Positions 19,357 through 29,286 of a stretch of 64,000 bases of DNA are shown here, piece after piece. The number at the start of each line of letters is the position of its first letter. The stretch's first letter is position 1. The stretch lies in IMG/VR virus record IMGVR_UViG_3300033073_001516, positions 64,001 through 128,000 of that record, one strand, 5' to 3'. The translations under genes and the position numbers were made by a program. Below the pieces are notes generated by a model. It was not told the origin of the DNA and did not search any database. It worked only from the letters and a program-made list of their open reading frames with translations. The stretch is from a virus. Taxonomy: Duplodnaviria; Caudoviricetes.

Positions 19357-20855
19357 CAGCTCTCCTCTATCCTGAACTTGAATCCTTGATCTCTTACTAT
19401 ACGCTCCGTTCCTCTGTCATTAACGAGATAGTCTATCGTGAAAAGCTTTCCAGAAGGAAGACCGTCGGTGCTCATGTTGAAGAACAAGCCCGCAGAATCT
19501 GAGGATAGTTTCGTTCCTTGGTCGAAGGGAATGTAGACGTCATCAGTTCCATCGACTCTTACTCTGTATCTGACATCGCTCGGTATCACGCTCTTGACAG
19601 GCTTTTGAACTCTTGTCGCCGACGGTTCATAATCTGGATCATAAACAAAAACTTTAATCTTGTAAGCTTTACCAGAAACGTACGCTGGAAGAGCGTTGGT
19701 AGCTTTGATTATCAACTCTCGTGATGATTCAACGAATGCGCTTCTAATCGGCAACGAGCATGTTAAGTACGAAGAGAGGTACGTGACGCTACGATCTATG
19801 GAGCTCCAAGTCTCGTTAAAAACGATGGACCCGGAAGAATTCACGTGCTGAGACAGAGCAATCGTCCCAGTTACGTAATTGCTATCTTGAGCAGAAACGT
19901 ACAGTTCAGCCGAATAGAGACCGGTCGACGGTGATGCACCGATCGAAACTTGAGAAGCGCTGACGGTTGTTGACCAGCTCCCGGTTGAAATTGTCAGAAG
20001 AATGCAGTTGTTTCCAGTCACTTCAATTGATCTGGAAAGAACATTTGCTAGATTAGAACCCACGTAATTTCGCAGATATAAAGATCCAGTAGAATCAAAG
20101 TAAAAATTCTCATGAGAATCATTGATTGAATCATCGAAAGATATCTCAAGTCGAGGTCTTAGAGAGTGCTCGATCACATGACGGCTAGCGAATCTCTTAA
20201 CGAACCTCGTGACGTCATCAGTTTCCTGACTTCCGCTGAAGGATAGACGAAATCCATTATTTTGGATGGTCCCAGCGAGAGTAGCTGAAATGACGTTTGT
20301 CACATCTACGAAAAGATCTTCATTTCCATCTTCAAAATACTGCCAATTTTCCAAGCTGATGAGACCAGAGCCCAAATCTCCAGATGCGTAGTAGTCGACG
20401 TTGTCTCCTATAGATCCTGAAGCTTCAGCTCCGGACATAATCCACAAATTTTGATCGGATGAACTTAAGAAATTTGATGCTCCGATGTCTGAGTACGCAG
20501 AAACGTCTCTACCGTAACCCTCTGAAAATGATCTAGCCAGAGGGAACGTCGATACAGTGAAGTTGTATGGGACTGGAAGACCTGATGATACAGACTTAAG
20601 TCTTATCTTCGCTTTGAATGATGGGTCATTCACATTCAAAAATGACGAAGTTAAAGAGCTCAGCTTTGATAGGTCAAATTTTAGTAAAAGACGTGATAGC
20701 TCAATTGCAGGAGATGATCCAGAGATAGTCTCGTCATAGAGCTTGAATAAATCAAGAGTTCCAGCGCGTCCCACATTGGAGCTAATCGATCTGGAACCAT
20801 CAACAATTTTATTCGTTATGTATGTATCCGCCGAGGCGGTCAGCAGCATGTACAT
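19356..20855 (-). CDS. Baseplate-associated protein with a DNRLRE/carbohydrate-binding-like N-terminal domain
   Basis: 499 aa; ADTYI...SRLLLKFDLS...NNGF...F.S....RPRLEISF pattern. Confidence 0.5.
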   Translation of the reverse strand: MYMLLTASADTYITNKIVDGSRSISSNVGRAGTLDLFKLYDETISGSSPAIELSRLLLKFDLSKLSSLTSSFLNVNDPSFKAKIRLKSVSSGLPVPYNFTVSTFPLARSFSEGYGRDVSAYSDIGASNFLSSSDQNLWIMSGAEASGSIGDNVDYYASGDLGSGLISLENWQYFEDGNEDLFVDVTNVISATLAGTIQNNGFRLSFSGSQETDDVTRFVKRFASRHVIEHSLRPRLEISFDDSINDSHENFYFDSTGSLYLRNYVGSNLANVLSRSIEVTGNNCILLTISTGSWSTTVSASQVSIGASPSTGLYSAELYVSAQDSNYVTGTIALSQHVNSSGSIVFNETWSSIDRSVTYLSSYLTCSLPIRSAFVESSRELIIKATNALPAYVSGKAYKIKVFVYDPDYEPSATRVQKPVKSVIPSDVRYRVRVDGTDDVYIPFDQGTKLSSDSAGLFFNMSTDGLPSGKLFTIDYLVNDRGTERIVRDQGFKFRIEES

Positions 20856-22693
20856 TAGAGAGCGCTCCCGATGATGTCGTTGTTCGGATACTTGAGCTCG
20901 AATATGCTACCAGGCGGTCCATAAACTGCTCCACGAACCGTGCTTTGTCCTACATTCATAGAGTTAACTGAATACGTACGACCCTGAGAGCTAACGGCGA
21001 TATTCTCTATTTTTAGATCAACTAGAGATAGAACACCAGCGCTGTTTATGATCGTGCTTTGTATGTCAGAGATTAATATCGGTTGATCGATCTGGAAGTT
21101 ATCAACCGTTAGCATACCGACCAAGCTGTTGATCACATTCTGCAGGACTAGTGGCTTGTTAGCGTTTGGATTAACGATGATAGAAAATCTAACTCGGAAG
21201 TTTATCACTTTCGCGTCTAGAATGTCAATCGCATCGTTGATCAACCTAAATTCATTTAGGTAAGTTCTGAGATTCTTCTTTAGAGTATCTGTCGCCGTCG
21301 TCAGATAACCATTTGTGTCTTTTGCGCATACGTAGAGTTGGCTTGACAGCGGGTTATTCGGGTTAGGTCTGACACCAGCTCTGTACACTCTTCCCAGCTT
21401 AGACGGTAAAGTATAAACTCTGGCTATCAGATCTTCCTTCGTAACGATTCTATCCTGCCTGCTGCGAGCTGAGGGTATTTGAGATCTCAGCTGCTCAAGA
21501 GTTAGCGCATTATCACCACCTCGAGCCGACAAATCATTTCTTACGTCTATGGAGGATCTAACGCCGGCTGCCACAGTTGATGTAACAGCATCTGGAAATT
21601 GTATTCTAAGAAGCTGAACAGCTCTGATGGTTTTCGATGCTACATTGTGGCTCAATCCGCCGCCGTATCTGTATGTAACGCTCAGAGTTGTTGAGCTTGG
21701 CAAAACTCCCAAAGTCTTTGTTTGAAGAAGAGCGTTGGGATCCAGGCTGAATCTCGAAAGAGTTGTCTTTCCGTATAACGGAATTGCCAGAGTCTCGGGA
21801 TCTGGGATCGCATCATCTTCAGTTGTGAGTGCCTTGCCACCTCCGAATTGAAGGCTGGTGGTTCTAGTAGAGGGAGAAGAAATAGACACGAATCTTCTAG
21901 GAGCTGGTATCACGTCTATAGATCGTGAAACTTCTTCAGAGTCAGAAGATAGATTCGGAAAAGTTTTGAATACCGTGTCCTGACTTAAAGTTTGGACTTC
22001 GTAGTACTCATTTCCTTCCGCATCAACAACACTCATAATTTCGCTGACATCGGTGTTGTTAAGAGTTATCGTGAAAAATGGAGATGGAGAGTCTCCGATA
22101 GTGAATGTCTCAGTTACAACGTTTCCAGATGTGCAGACAACGTCCCTCTTGAGAATGAAGCTTGCTGGATTGTTGCTAGCGTCAACGTCTCCCACTACGT
22201 AAGTTGCTCTTAAATTTCCAAGTCTATCCGTTTCTGCAAAATCAACGTCCTCGGTCGTTGCGAAGGATATGCCAGACGAGGATGCGAGTATTGTGTTTTG
22301 GATGATTCGAGGGAGAGCGTTCGCGTCAGGAACGTAATTTCCATTTACCAGCTTAGATGGGACTTCTATGAATATAGTCACTGTTACGCTTGAGGGAGAA
22401 GCTCCCGAAGCTTTAATTCCCGCTTCCTGTAGCATTCTAGAAATGTTGTCAATTTCTATCGCAGTGCTCCATCCAAGCTCTCTAAATTGATGATCCATGT
22501 AGAAAGACATCGAGTCAGCCACGGTAGCTGCCATGTCTAGAAACAGGCCTCCCACGCTTGCTTCTGAGAAATCTTGGATCTTATCACCGAAATAAGTTCT
22601 CGAATAACGCAATAGATCAGCTCGAAACGAATCAAAGTCTCGAGCAAGGTAAGTTCTATTGCGAGCATTTCTAAACTGTTGATCTCCCGCCAT
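20855..22693 (-). CDS. Baseplate wedge subunit (T4 gp6/baseplate J-like)
   Basis: 612 aa; ARDFDSFRADL, QFGGG, YRYGGG, GG...LEQLR, QDRIVTKED motifs typical of gp6. Confidence 0.85.
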   Translation of the reverse strand: MAGDQQFRNARNRTYLARDFDSFRADLLRYSRTYFGDKIQDFSEASVGGLFLDMAATVADSMSFYMDHQFRELGWSTAIEIDNISRMLQEAGIKASGASPSSVTVTIFIEVPSKLVNGNYVPDANALPRIIQNTILASSSGISFATTEDVDFAETDRLGNLRATYVVGDVDASNNPASFILKRDVVCTSGNVVTETFTIGDSPSPFFTITLNNTDVSEIMSVVDAEGNEYYEVQTLSQDTVFKTFPNLSSDSEEVSRSIDVIPAPRRFVSISSPSTRTTSLQFGGGKALTTEDDAIPDPETLAIPLYGKTTLSRFSLDPNALLQTKTLGVLPSSTTLSVTYRYGGGLSHNVASKTIRAVQLLRIQFPDAVTSTVAAGVRSSIDVRNDLSARGGDNALTLEQLRSQIPSARSRQDRIVTKEDLIARVYTLPSKLGRVYRAGVRPNPNNPLSSQLYVCAKDTNGYLTTATDTLKKNLRTYLNEFRLINDAIDILDAKVINFRVRFSIIVNPNANKPLVLQNVINSLVGMLTVDNFQIDQPILISDIQSTIINSAGVLSLVDLKIENIAVSSQGRTYSVNSMNVGQSTVRGAVYGPPGSIFELKYPNNDIIGSAL

Positions 22694-23176
22694 TTATCCT
22701 CCGAATCTCATTGTCAACAAGAGACTCTGGTTTGCTATATTCGCGCTTGGAACAGAGTAAGTTATCAGCATTTTTATCAATGCTGTAGCGCCAGTATCTG
22801 AAATTTCATTAGTAAGTGAAAAATCTTCTAGCGTGATAAAGGGCATATACTTTTCAGTCGCGCTCTTTATTCGACGCATTGCCTCTTCATCAGCGTCTTC
22901 AGTTCCAAGCTCGAAAGCTAATGGAGCCAGATTCGCTCCAAAATCTGGGAACGCTAATCTTTCATTTTTGTTGGTGAGTATCAGATTTCTAAGATTATCT
23001 TTGATCTGATCTGCCAAAGATCGATGCATCTTAAGAAGTCCGTCATCAGTCGAACCGATTTCGATTGGAGTCTTGATTCCAATCGGTGGAGCGGTAACTC
23101 GCGCACGGGTTCTGGCGTTGTAGTCGACTGTCTTCTCGCCTACGCTTTTGAAACTGTAAGATTTTGCCTCGGCCAT
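22694..23176 (-). CDS. Baseplate wedge/sheath initiator (gp25/GPW-like)
   Basis: 160 aa; QIKDNLRNLILTNKNERLAFPDFGANL. Confidence 0.88.
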   Translation of the reverse strand: MAEAKSYSFKSVGEKTVDYNARTRARVTAPPIGIKTPIEIGSTDDGLLKMHRSLADQIKDNLRNLILTNKNERLAFPDFGANLAPLAFELGTEDADEEAMRRIKSATEKYMPFITLEDFSLTNEISDTGATALIKMLITYSVPSANIANQSLLLTMRFGG

Positions 23177-23194
23177 CTTTGAACACGTCCGCTA

Positions 23195-23202
23195 TTAAAT
23201 AG
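23195..23202 (-). promoter_or_regulatory. Candidate late promoter (CTATTTAA)
   Basis: TAnTTA motif 18 nt upstream of the gp25-like start. Confidence 0.45.
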
Positions 23203-23216
23203 CTCGAAGCTAAAAA

Positions 23217-24671
23217 TCACTCACCGTAGATAACAGTAGAAGCTAAAGTGTTGACCCTTAAGCTGTCAGATAACTCAACCTTAAATTGCGCTGATGTTGC
23301 TAGACGTTGGGTCAAATTTGTAATTTCAAGTCCCGCTGATGCTCCGAGCGCAGCTGCAGGAGGAGTAATTGTGGCTGCTGCAGCTCCGAATGTTGACAAC
23401 GCTGATGACAACGAAACGACAGTATTGACGAGAGACTGATGCTCATCTATCATTCTACTAAGAAATGATGTCAGTTTGTCCAGCCTAATATACGGTTGAA
23501 GACTCAACGCGGATCCTTCTTGAACAGCGTATGGAGTTAACATGATTTTAGGAGACGCAAGCTGGATTGAACCATTTTCATCCATGATAATCGCAGCGCC
23601 ATCATCAGCGGTAGGCTCTTTGATTATCTTGACGCTCTTACGTGATATCAATCTTAAATTGTCAGCTTTCGTAACAAAAAAAGATCCATCTTTCGCATCT
23701 TGATTGTCTACAATAGCTGGCCAAGTAACATCTGCCGGTGATTTTAGCGAGAGCAAAAAATCAGGACCTGTTATCTTGTCTGAGGCGGCAGTGATGTATA
23801 TTCTAGCAGCATCATCGGCAAAATTTGCGTCACCTTCACCCAACGATTCATCAGAGCCTATGCGCTTGTCTATCTCTGGGTTCAGCATCTCCATCAAGAC
23901 TGTTTTTGTCGTTGATGTTGCTTTTCTTCCTACCACCATATCGATGGCAGGCTTTCCTACCAAAATGTCATTAGTAGACTCGCTTTTATCGAGATCAACC
24001 AATCCCGTTCTTCCCCGCTCTTCCCCCAACATTATCAGCGAGTTATTGGATCCTTGCATGATCAAATCGCCAGGTCTTTTTGTGTACCTAGGGATCGCAT
24101 CGAATCTATGAACTTGCTTGGCGTATTCAATAAGCTCAATCATTTCTGACGGATTAGTAGTTGGAGACTCTGTCGAGTCCAACTGCTTTGGTGAGCTCGT
24201 TTCATTAATTTGAGTCGTTTCTGATTCACGATCTGCGAACTTATCGCTGGTTCTTTTTTTTGTGATCGCAGAGCTTGTCGAAGTCTTGTAAGTTCTTCTA
24301 TTATACGCGTAATTCACATCTTCGACATGTCTTGGACCGTGAATTCGTGATATCCAATATCCAATTGCTGATCTTCCGGGTGGGTTGTATTCTTCAAACA
24401 TCACCCATACTTCTTCACCTGGCTTCACCGGCATTGAAAAATGAGAAGAAAAGAAGGGATAGCAGATCACCTCACCCTCGTCGCCTCCGTTAGACTTAGA
24501 TTCTCCGTTCGATAGAATCTTAACGACTATAGAGTTTCTAGGAAGGTGCTTGAGATTCTCATCACCCGCTACTTTACTAGCGTACTCAGATACGGGTTTT
24601 CTAGTGCTTCCTTTTTGGACTGGGTTCGCCAAAACATCAGTCACTAAAGCGCGAACGAAGGCAACTGGCAT
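23217..24671 (-). CDS. Baseplate hub/central spike (gp5/gpV-like)
   Basis: 484 aa; OB-fold-like P..GEEVWVMF..GYW, GDLIMQGSNNSLIMLG; next to gp25-like gene. Confidence 0.6.
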   Translation of the reverse strand: MPVAFVRALVTDVLANPVQKGSTRKPVSEYASKVAGDENLKHLPRNSIVVKILSNGESKSNGGDEGEVICYPFFSSHFSMPVKPGEEVWVMFEEYNPPGRSAIGYWISRIHGPRHVEDVNYAYNRRTYKTSTSSAITKKRTSDKFADRESETTQINETSSPKQLDSTESPTTNPSEMIELIEYAKQVHRFDAIPRYTKRPGDLIMQGSNNSLIMLGEERGRTGLVDLDKSESTNDILVGKPAIDMVVGRKATSTTKTVLMEMLNPEIDKRIGSDESLGEGDANFADDAARIYITAASDKITGPDFLLSLKSPADVTWPAIVDNQDAKDGSFFVTKADNLRLISRKSVKIIKEPTADDGAAIIMDENGSIQLASPKIMLTPYAVQEGSALSLQPYIRLDKLTSFLSRMIDEHQSLVNTVVSLSSALSTFGAAAATITPPAAALGASAGLEITNLTQRLATSAQFKVELSDSLRVNTLASTVIYGE

Positions 24672-24674
24672 TTG

Positions 24675-25037
24675 CTACTTCTTTATCCTATCGAATATGT
24701 CATCTTCTGATATCTGCTCAGTGTTTGTCTCAGAATCAGCGATGAGCTTGGCCAGATTAAGTAGCTGCTCATTACTTTTTGACATTCTCTCGAGATATTT
24801 TGTCAATGTTTGACCCAACGTAGCGTGGTCAGATGATGAACCGCCCATATTGGAATAAAGATCGGTGAAAAGGATGTGAGCATTCGTGCGATCAACAATC
24901 GCATTCTCGTATATCTCCTTCCACAGGAGCTTTTTCTTTTCTGATGCGCTCTCTATTGAGTCTAGAATATCAGAAAATTGCTCTACTTTCTTATCGTTGT
25001 CCTTCAACTTTTCAAGTATCTTGTCAATTGAACCCAT
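24675..25037 (-). CDS. Hypothetical helical protein downstream of the late sigma factor
   Basis: 120 aa; overlaps the upstream stop codon. Confidence 0.5.
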   Translation of the reverse strand: MGSIDKILEKLKDNDKKVEQFSDILDSIESASEKKKLLWKEIYENAIVDRTNAHILFTDLYSNMGGSSSDHATLGQTLTKYLERMSKSNEQLLNLAKLIADSETNTEQISEDDIFDRIKK

Positions 25038-25756
25038 CAGATGAAGTCTCCATTTTTAGCTATCATCCTGTATTGCTTTCTGATGGATGACATCGCAGAA
25101 CCGAGCTGCTTCTGATTGAGATTCGAAATATTCTTAACATACACGAAAACAGCGCGCTTATTCAGGAAATCGAGATCATCTATCTGGGTGAAAACAGTTA
25201 TGATGGCATCGATGCAAGACTGCTCATGAGGCTGATATAGATTTCTCTTTATCTTCTTCATCATATCAAGAATTAGCTCTCTTCGACCAGCTTCAATCAT
25301 CTGCTCTTCTGGATTCGGACCAATTTGGCTGTTGTTGTAATACTCAGCCTCTCTAGAGTTGCTATCACGAAGATCTTCGATAGATACGAATCTCTTTCCC
25401 TTCTTCTGACGATTCTTGGAATAGATGACAAGCCAGTTTCTAGCTACAACGTTAAAGTACGAAAATGCTTTGCTGCCGCGAGACGCATCGAATTTATGAA
25501 GCGATTCGTATAAGAACGTGACGCAGTCATTCTTGAGATGCTCGATTGGTTCATTCGGAGCTGCAAATCCGTAAATGAATATGAGGCTCTCGACTAGCTT
25601 GTCGAAAGCCGGCATAATTCTGCCCACATAGATCTTATGCTTATCATCTATGCTAGCAGCAGCTTGGAATTCTTCGATCGCTTTCTGCGTTTCAGCGTCG
25701 AAATACAGAGTACCCGTTCCGTTGCCCCTCTTAACTATCCGTTTTGCTGCTGCCAC
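25037..25756 (-). CDS. Phage late-transcription sigma factor (T4 gp55-like)
   Basis: 239 aa; sigma region-2-like KNDCVTFLYESLHKFDASRGSKAFSYFNVVARNW; GTG start with SD. Confidence 0.7.
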   Translation of the reverse strand: MAAAKRIVKRGNGTGTLYFDAETQKAIEEFQAAASIDDKHKIYVGRIMPAFDKLVESLIFIYGFAAPNEPIEHLKNDCVTFLYESLHKFDASRGSKAFSYFNVVARNWLVIYSKNRQKKGKRFVSIEDLRDSNSREAEYYNNSQIGPNPEEQMIEAGRRELILDMMKKIKRNLYQPHEQSCIDAIITVFTQIDDLDFLNKRAVFVYVKNISNLNQKQLGSAMSSIRKQYRMIAKNGDFI

Positions 25757-26045
25757 TCTCTTCCTCTTCTTCTTGGATCGATGTTAGCTGGTTGGCTACG
25801 TAAAGTATCGCCTCTCTTGACTTTTTTATATCTTCAACAGCGCGCTTGATCTCTGGTGAATCATAAAAGAGTGGTACTTTCAGTATCTTAGAAATAGAAT
25901 TATATCTCTTATCTAAAGCGTCAAGTGATTCTTCGATCGCGTCTTGAACACGCAACATCGTAACGCCAAGCTTGTAATTGTAATACAATGACGCTATCAA
26001 TGCTATCGTCTCTATTGTTAGAAACACGATCATGAATATCATCAC
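25731..26045 (-). CDS. Membrane-anchored coiled-coil protein
   Basis: 104 aa; hydrophobic N-terminal 20 aa followed by an amphipathic helix. Confidence 0.5.
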   Translation of the reverse strand: MMIFMIVFLTIETIALIASLYYNYKLGVTMLRVQDAIEESLDALDKRYNSISKILKVPLFYDSPEIKRAVEDIKKSREAILYVANQLTSIQEEEEESGSSKTDS

Positions 26046-27205
26046 TTTAAAATATCTCCGATTGCATTCTCATAAAATTCGTTAATTGCCGAAGGATTGT
26101 GAGAATTAATCAAAACTTTAGATAAATCAGAAGCCCATTGTCTTGGATTTTCAGGAGAACTCTTAAACTTTCTAACCTTCTTCTTAAAATCAGACTCCCT
26201 GACCTCGGCCCATTTCGTTCCAGCAATCCAGATATTATTATCAACTCTAGTTTGGTGTATCTGAGTCATGTCATATTCTAACTTCACGAACTTTCCCTTA
26301 CTCATGAAGTCCATATGACCAGATTGCTCAGTTGCAATCACCGGGAGTCCGCTAGCGGCAGCTTCGAGTATCGGAAGCCCAAATCCCTCCCCTCTAGTCG
26401 GAGCAACTAAAGCTTTGACAGTACTGTGACGATAAAGACCTGCGATCTCAGAATTAGACATTATACCATGAATGACATGAATCTTTGGAAAAGGACCACG
26501 ACGAACTTCTTTCAAAGCTCCGCGTATCGCATTCTCAACGCCGTTCCAGTCGAGCCTAGTCCCTCGTCCAACATTCGTCTTCACGATGATTCCCACATCT
26601 GGATCATTCGCGAATTCTTCGCAAAGCCACTTTAGAGCAAAGAAGATATTCTTTCTATCATTGAAAGGGTTATTGCCTGTTAACGTCCCGACCAGAAGAA
26701 AATTGAACTTGGTCTCAAAATCAGCTTCAAATCTAGAATTTTCGTCTAACACTTCCGGAATGAAACTTTCTGGTACCACAACGATTGGAGTCGTCACCTC
26801 TCCAGTGCTTCGTAGAGTCTTTTCGCAAAAAGTTGACGGTACAACAACAAGGTCCATAGCGTTGCAATGCTTTATCCACTCCGGGTTGCATCTGTCTGAT
26901 TCAACGACAGCTGTCACCCCAACGTTCTTGTGGGCAATTTCAGTAGACCATTCATTAGGAAGCTGGATTTGAAATGAAACGTCAAACTTCTCGCTGGGCT
27001 CTGAGCTTCGCTTCATAATCTCTCCGATCAATCCTCCCTCGGCTGATGGATTGACATGCCAGCTCGTAGCGCCCCATGGGAGTATTTGAACCTTGATTTC
27101 ATCATTTGGATGCTTTGCCAGCAACCAACGAAATACCTGACGAGCGTGATTTCCATAACCAGACTCGCTGAGAAGCGGACCTCTTACCAGTATCTTCTTG
27201 CTCAT
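26042..27205 (-). CDS. Glycosyltransferase, GT4 family
   Basis: SGYG N-terminal loop and EGFGLPILEA motif; start moved to MSKK (ATGA overlap with upstream stop). Confidence 0.85.
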   Translation of the reverse strand: MSKKILVRGPLLSESGYGNHARQVFRWLLAKHPNDEIKVQILPWGATSWHVNPSAEGGLIGEIMKRSSEPSEKFDVSFQIQLPNEWSTEIAHKNVGVTAVVESDRCNPEWIKHCNAMDLVVVPSTFCEKTLRSTGEVTTPIVVVPESFIPEVLDENSRFEADFETKFNFLLVGTLTGNNPFNDRKNIFFALKWLCEEFANDPDVGIIVKTNVGRGTRLDWNGVENAIRGALKEVRRGPFPKIHVIHGIMSNSEIAGLYRHSTVKALVAPTRGEGFGLPILEAAASGLPVIATEQSGHMDFMSKGKFVKLEYDMTQIHQTRVDNNIWIAGTKWAEVRESDFKKKVRKFKSSPENPRQWASDLSKVLINSHNPSAINEFYENAIGDILK

Positions 27206-28443
27206 AGCGTCACCTTCTTCCAGGTATTGTATCGCGTCTTCCAATTTTCTATCGTCTCTTTCAAAGTTTCATCCCAACGATTTATCACATTATCGTAGGA
27301 AAACTCTTCCTGTACATAACGCCTTGCCTTCTCGCCCAATGCCTTTCTCTCGTCAGGGGAAAGCCTGTAGAGCTTCTCTATTGCCTTGGCGGTGCTTTCA
27401 TTTGAAACGTAATCTTCGTAAATGTAGGGCACGACCTGAGAGCCAACGAGAGTTTGACTTTCAATCGGAAGAGCAACACCGTTCTCAGATCCATCGCGAT
27501 GATCGATCACTTGACGTGTAAGACCACCTGTCGTTGCAGCGATAATCGGACGACCGCACTGCATAGCCTCTAGAGTTGCAAGACCGAAGCCCTCTGCGTA
27601 CGAAATATTGATGCACGCGTCAGAGATATTGTGAAGAACATTCATCTTCTCAAAGTCAATACGATCAGTCGAGAAAATTACGCTGTCTTGAACGCCGAAG
27701 AGCTTAACCACCTCATGCAAATTTGGACCTTCCTGATCTAGAGGATCGGTGTGCATGATAAGAGTCGCGTCTCGCTTTCCCTCTTTGTTGATCTTCTTAA
27801 CGAAGATCGACCAAGCCTCGATCACATCGCTAGGACGCTTTCGACGAGCATTTCGATTAACCCAGAAAAGAACAAAATTGTCCTTCTTACTTGGGCCTAA
27901 AATCTCAACCTTTCTAGCGAGCCTCTGCTCATCAGTCAGAGGATAGAAAATCTCTGGAGGTAGAGCGTGAGGTATGAAGTTTGTCTTCTCGGGAAAATCC
28001 TGCTTGCAGATCTCATACGTGAGATACGAGTGGCAGTTGATCAGATCCGTAGAATCATAAAATGGAGCGTTGAAGGTCGGCTTTGGCCAGTTATCCCAGA
28101 CATGCCACCACGCGATCGGGCAGACCTGGTGGATTTCATCCTCCATCTCAAATAGCCATACGAAAAATCTAGGGTCAGTGAATATGAGAATAAGATCTGG
28201 CTTCTCGGTTGCTAAAGTGACTCTTAGCATCTCCTTTGTACCGAAACCGTCAATAGGCTTGATGATGAAATCATCATTCACAACGATGGTTCGATAATCA
28301 GAGTGCTTGATAGCAGCTCCGAATTGCCTAAATGTCCATCCACCTTTCTTCAGTAGACCATTCACCAAGTGTCTTGTTTGCGTTCCGACTCCAGAGGTCG
28401 ACAGCGCGTGATCAGACAGGATTAGAACTTTTTTCTTCTGCAA
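27202..28443 (-). CDS. Glycosyltransferase, GT4 family
   Basis: 413 aa; SGVG loop, RNARRK, EGFGLATLEA; TTG start. Confidence 0.88.
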   Translation of the reverse strand: MQKKKVLILSDHALSTSGVGTQTRHLVNGLLKKGGWTFRQFGAAIKHSDYRTIVVNDDFIIKPIDGFGTKEMLRVTLATEKPDLILIFTDPRFFVWLFEMEDEIHQVCPIAWWHVWDNWPKPTFNAPFYDSTDLINCHSYLTYEICKQDFPEKTNFIPHALPPEIFYPLTDEQRLARKVEILGPSKKDNFVLFWVNRNARRKRPSDVIEAWSIFVKKINKEGKRDATLIMHTDPLDQEGPNLHEVVKLFGVQDSVIFSTDRIDFEKMNVLHNISDACINISYAEGFGLATLEAMQCGRPIIAATTGGLTRQVIDHRDGSENGVALPIESQTLVGSQVVPYIYEDYVSNESTAKAIEKLYRLSPDERKALGEKARRYVQEEFSYDNVINRWDETLKETIENWKTRYNTWKKVTL

Positions 28444-28491
28444 GAAATTTTCCTCTTTCGAAAAATTAAGAAGAGAGAACCATAAGTAAAT

Positions 28492-29286
28492 CTAAGTGCA
28501 GTGCTCTGTGTTGAGGTAAGGGCAGTACTGACAAGACTGTCGGTTCTTAATCTTAGTCCCCTTTCTCATGCCTGCGATCGTATTAGAAACAAGCTTATTG
28601 GCTTTCTGCATCGCAACCGGTCCAACAGAAACTGTGAAAAGCTCAACTCTCTTTCCAGCTTTAGCTCCCTTCTTAAGAAGCACGTAGCCGCATTTAACGT
28701 ATCGAGCTCCATCAAAAAGTTCCTTATGCTTGTTCATAAGATACGACTTGTATAGAGCAACCTGAGCTAGAGTCAGAGGATCCTGCTTCTTCTCGATTCG
28801 CCAACCACCAGCTCCCGCAGTCTTCCAGTCGAGCACCCAAATATCATATCCACCCTTCTCTCGTGGTACTTTAATGATGCAGTCTACGAATCCCTTAAAG
28901 TAAGCATCACGATCTTCAATCGATTCGTAGAGTGCTTCCTCTGCAGCCACTGTCTCCCAACCAGGAAATTCAGAGTCAAGCCATCCGGGAACTTCCTCCA
29001 GAGCATCTTTCGCCCATGTCGCCCACTTCTCAACTTCTGGGAAACCCTTGGAATCCCATGCTGAAACGATGTCCATGAGACATCTGTCAACGTCCATCAC
29101 TCGAGTCTTAAGATACCCTTCGCAAGCTGCGTGAACTGAAGTTCCAAAATCCAGATGCTCGCTTGGCTTATCAAGATTGATCTTCTTGATCTGCTGGAGA
29201 TAGTGCCTGAATGGACATTCGTTCCAGCTTCTTACCTCAGAGTAAGAAACGTGAGCTTTTCCTGTTGGAAGAAGATTATCAGACAA
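28492..29286 (-). CDS. PD-(D/E)XK nuclease, RecB/Cas4-like, with putative Fe-S cysteines
   Basis: SYS..ECP, GTSVH, GFVD, DWKT, QVALY, CQYCPYLNTEHC; start reassigned to TTG behind SD AGGAGG. Confidence 0.8.
   Translation of the reverse strand: MSDNLLPTGKAHVSYSEVRSWNECPFRHYLQQIKKINLDKPSEHLDFGTSVHAACEGYLKTRVMDVDRCLMDIVSAWDSKGFPEVEKWATWAKDALEEVPGWLDSEFPGWETVAAEEALYESIEDRDAYFKGFVDCIIKVPREKGGYDIWVLDWKTAGAGGWRIEKKQDPLTLAQVALYKSYLMNKHKELFDGARYVKCGYVLLKKGAKAGKRVELFTVSVGPVAMQKANKLVSNTIAGMRKGTKIKNRQSCQYCPYLNTEHCT

Noticed and set aside
28492-29286. Cas4-like nuclease as part of a CRISPR-Cas system
   Set aside because: No array, cas1/cas2 or effector genes in the window; solo RecB/Cas4-like nucleases are common in phages.
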